Positions 63,397 to 64,000 of a DNA stretch of 64,000 nucleotides are shown here, piece after piece. Each line of letters starts with the position of its first letter. Position 1 is the first letter of the stretch. Made by a program: the position numbers and the translations under genes. The notes under the pieces are model-generated. The model saw only the letters and a program-made list of their open reading frames with translations. It did not search any database and was not told where the DNA came from. The DNA is from Clostridia bacterium (GTDB lineage Bacteria > Bacillota > Clostridia > Oscillospirales > CAG-272). The stretch covers positions 50,535-114,534 of the forward strand of contig CAAGDE010000026.1 of NCBI GenBank assembly GCA_900768535.1, written 5' to 3'.

Positions 63397-64000
63397 CGGA
63401 TCTCATCCCTTTGTTTCCGTTCATTGCCGCAAGCGTCTCCAACGCACGCTCCGACAGCCTTTCGTTCCGCGCCGCCTTTCCGCCTCTGACACGTACATCA
63501 AGCGGTCTGATAATTCCAAAATTCGCGTTCATCGGCACGAATGCACCGATCCCGCCGCGACTGACATATGCCGCCATGGCTCCCAGCATCGTTTCCTCCG
63601 GGAAGATCAGCTCCCCCTCACCCAGCAGCCGTCTTGCCGCATTCACTCCGGCAACCAAGCCGCTTCCGGCGGATTCCACATAGCCCTCCACACCGGTCAT
63701 CTGCCCGGCGAAGAACACGTCCGGACGCGCGATCATCGCGTAGGTCGGGGTCAGAAGCCCGGGGGAATTGAGATACGTATTCCGGTGCATCACGCCGTAG
63801 CGCAGGAACTCCGCCTGCTCCAGTCCGGGGATCATGCGGAAGACCCGCCGCTGTTCGGGGAAGGTCAGATGGGTCTGAAAGCCGACCAGATTGAACATCG
63901 TCCCCTCGGCATTCTCCTTTCGGAGCTGTACCACCGCGTACGCCTCTTTCCCGGTTCGCGGGTCGGGCAGTCCCACCGGCTTCATCGGTCCGAACCGCAG
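63380..64000 (-). CDS. trmFO: tRNA (uracil-5-)-methyltransferase TrmFO, C-terminal part (5' end outside the window)
   Basis: TrmFO/Gid pattern [23 protein letters not shown]. The reading frame stays open to the window edge. Confidence 0.88.
   Translation of the reverse strand: MRFGPMKPVGLPDPRTGKEAYAVVQLRKENAEGTMFNLVGFQTHLTFPEQRRVFRMIPGLEQAEFLRYGVMHRNTYLNSPGLLTPTYAMIARPDVFFAGQMTGVEGYVESAGSGLVAGVNAARRLLGEGELIFPEETMLGAMAAYVSRGGIGAFVPMNANFGIIRPLDVRVRGGKAARNERLSERALETLAAMNGNKGMRSDENNC

Noticed and set aside
1-64000. Whole-window scan for CRISPR arrays, integrases, transposases, reverse transcriptases, toxin-antitoxin pairs and multi-gene defence or biosynthetic clusters.
   Set aside because: None could be supported from the sequence. 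The only accessory-like content is the 31.4-36.7 kb stretch and the 43.1-43.8 kb orphan gene, both described above.

Overview
This is a 64-kb, GC-rich, tightly packed chromosomal core segment from an endospore-forming Firmicute. It looks Clostridia-like, judged only from gene content (spo0A, yqfC/yqfD, ylbJ, ytfI/ytfJ, dacB) and a type-A RNase P RNA. I can support about 60 protein genes, one tRNA-Ser(UGA) plus a truncated copy, RNase P RNA, several near-consensus sigma-A promoters, intrinsic terminators and two families of intergenic repeats. Layout by block: (i) 1-12.4 kb, mostly minus strand: mutS2, recO, era, ybeY, phoH, yqfD/yqfC, ylbJ (+), then nnr-cdd-deoB-deoC. (ii) 13-23.3 kb, plus strand: lon, engB, M50 protease, scpA/scpB, ytfI/ytfJ, dacB, rluB, spo0A. 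(iii) 23.4-31.3 kb, minus strand: amidase-domain protein, recQ, and a Re-citrate-synthase/GntR/aconitase/isocitrate-dehydrogenase operon. (iv) 31.4-36.7 kb is the only accessory-looking stretch. It holds palindromic repeats, a divergent sigma-region-4-like gene and XRE-S24 (CI/LexA-like) repressor, an ABC-F ATPase, an AT-rich NERD-nuclease gene and tRNA-Ser. (v) 36.9-64 kb, almost all minus strand: M20 amidohydrolase, heterodimeric ABC exporter, rnpB/lipoprotein/AT-rich orphan (+), kdgK-eda, prs, FGGY kinase, leuS with a coupled pseudo-receiver regulator, rsfS, LCP, yqeK, nadD, yhbY, rdgB, ftsY, smc, radical SAM, rnc, plsX, trmFO. I see no CRISPR array, integrase, transposase, reverse transcriptase or recognisable multi-gene defence system. 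The items most worth follow-up are: a two-copy intercistronic RNA-like element with compensatory stem changes; a nested-palindrome repeat family that splits era-recO; the repressor/sigma-like switch with tandem TTTCCGAA motifs; the NERD islet at tRNA-Ser; and two promoter-plus-terminator units with no gene (candidate sRNAs). The many long ORFs antisense to real genes are GC-content artefacts. All homology calls rest on motif recognition by eye, because no searches could be run.
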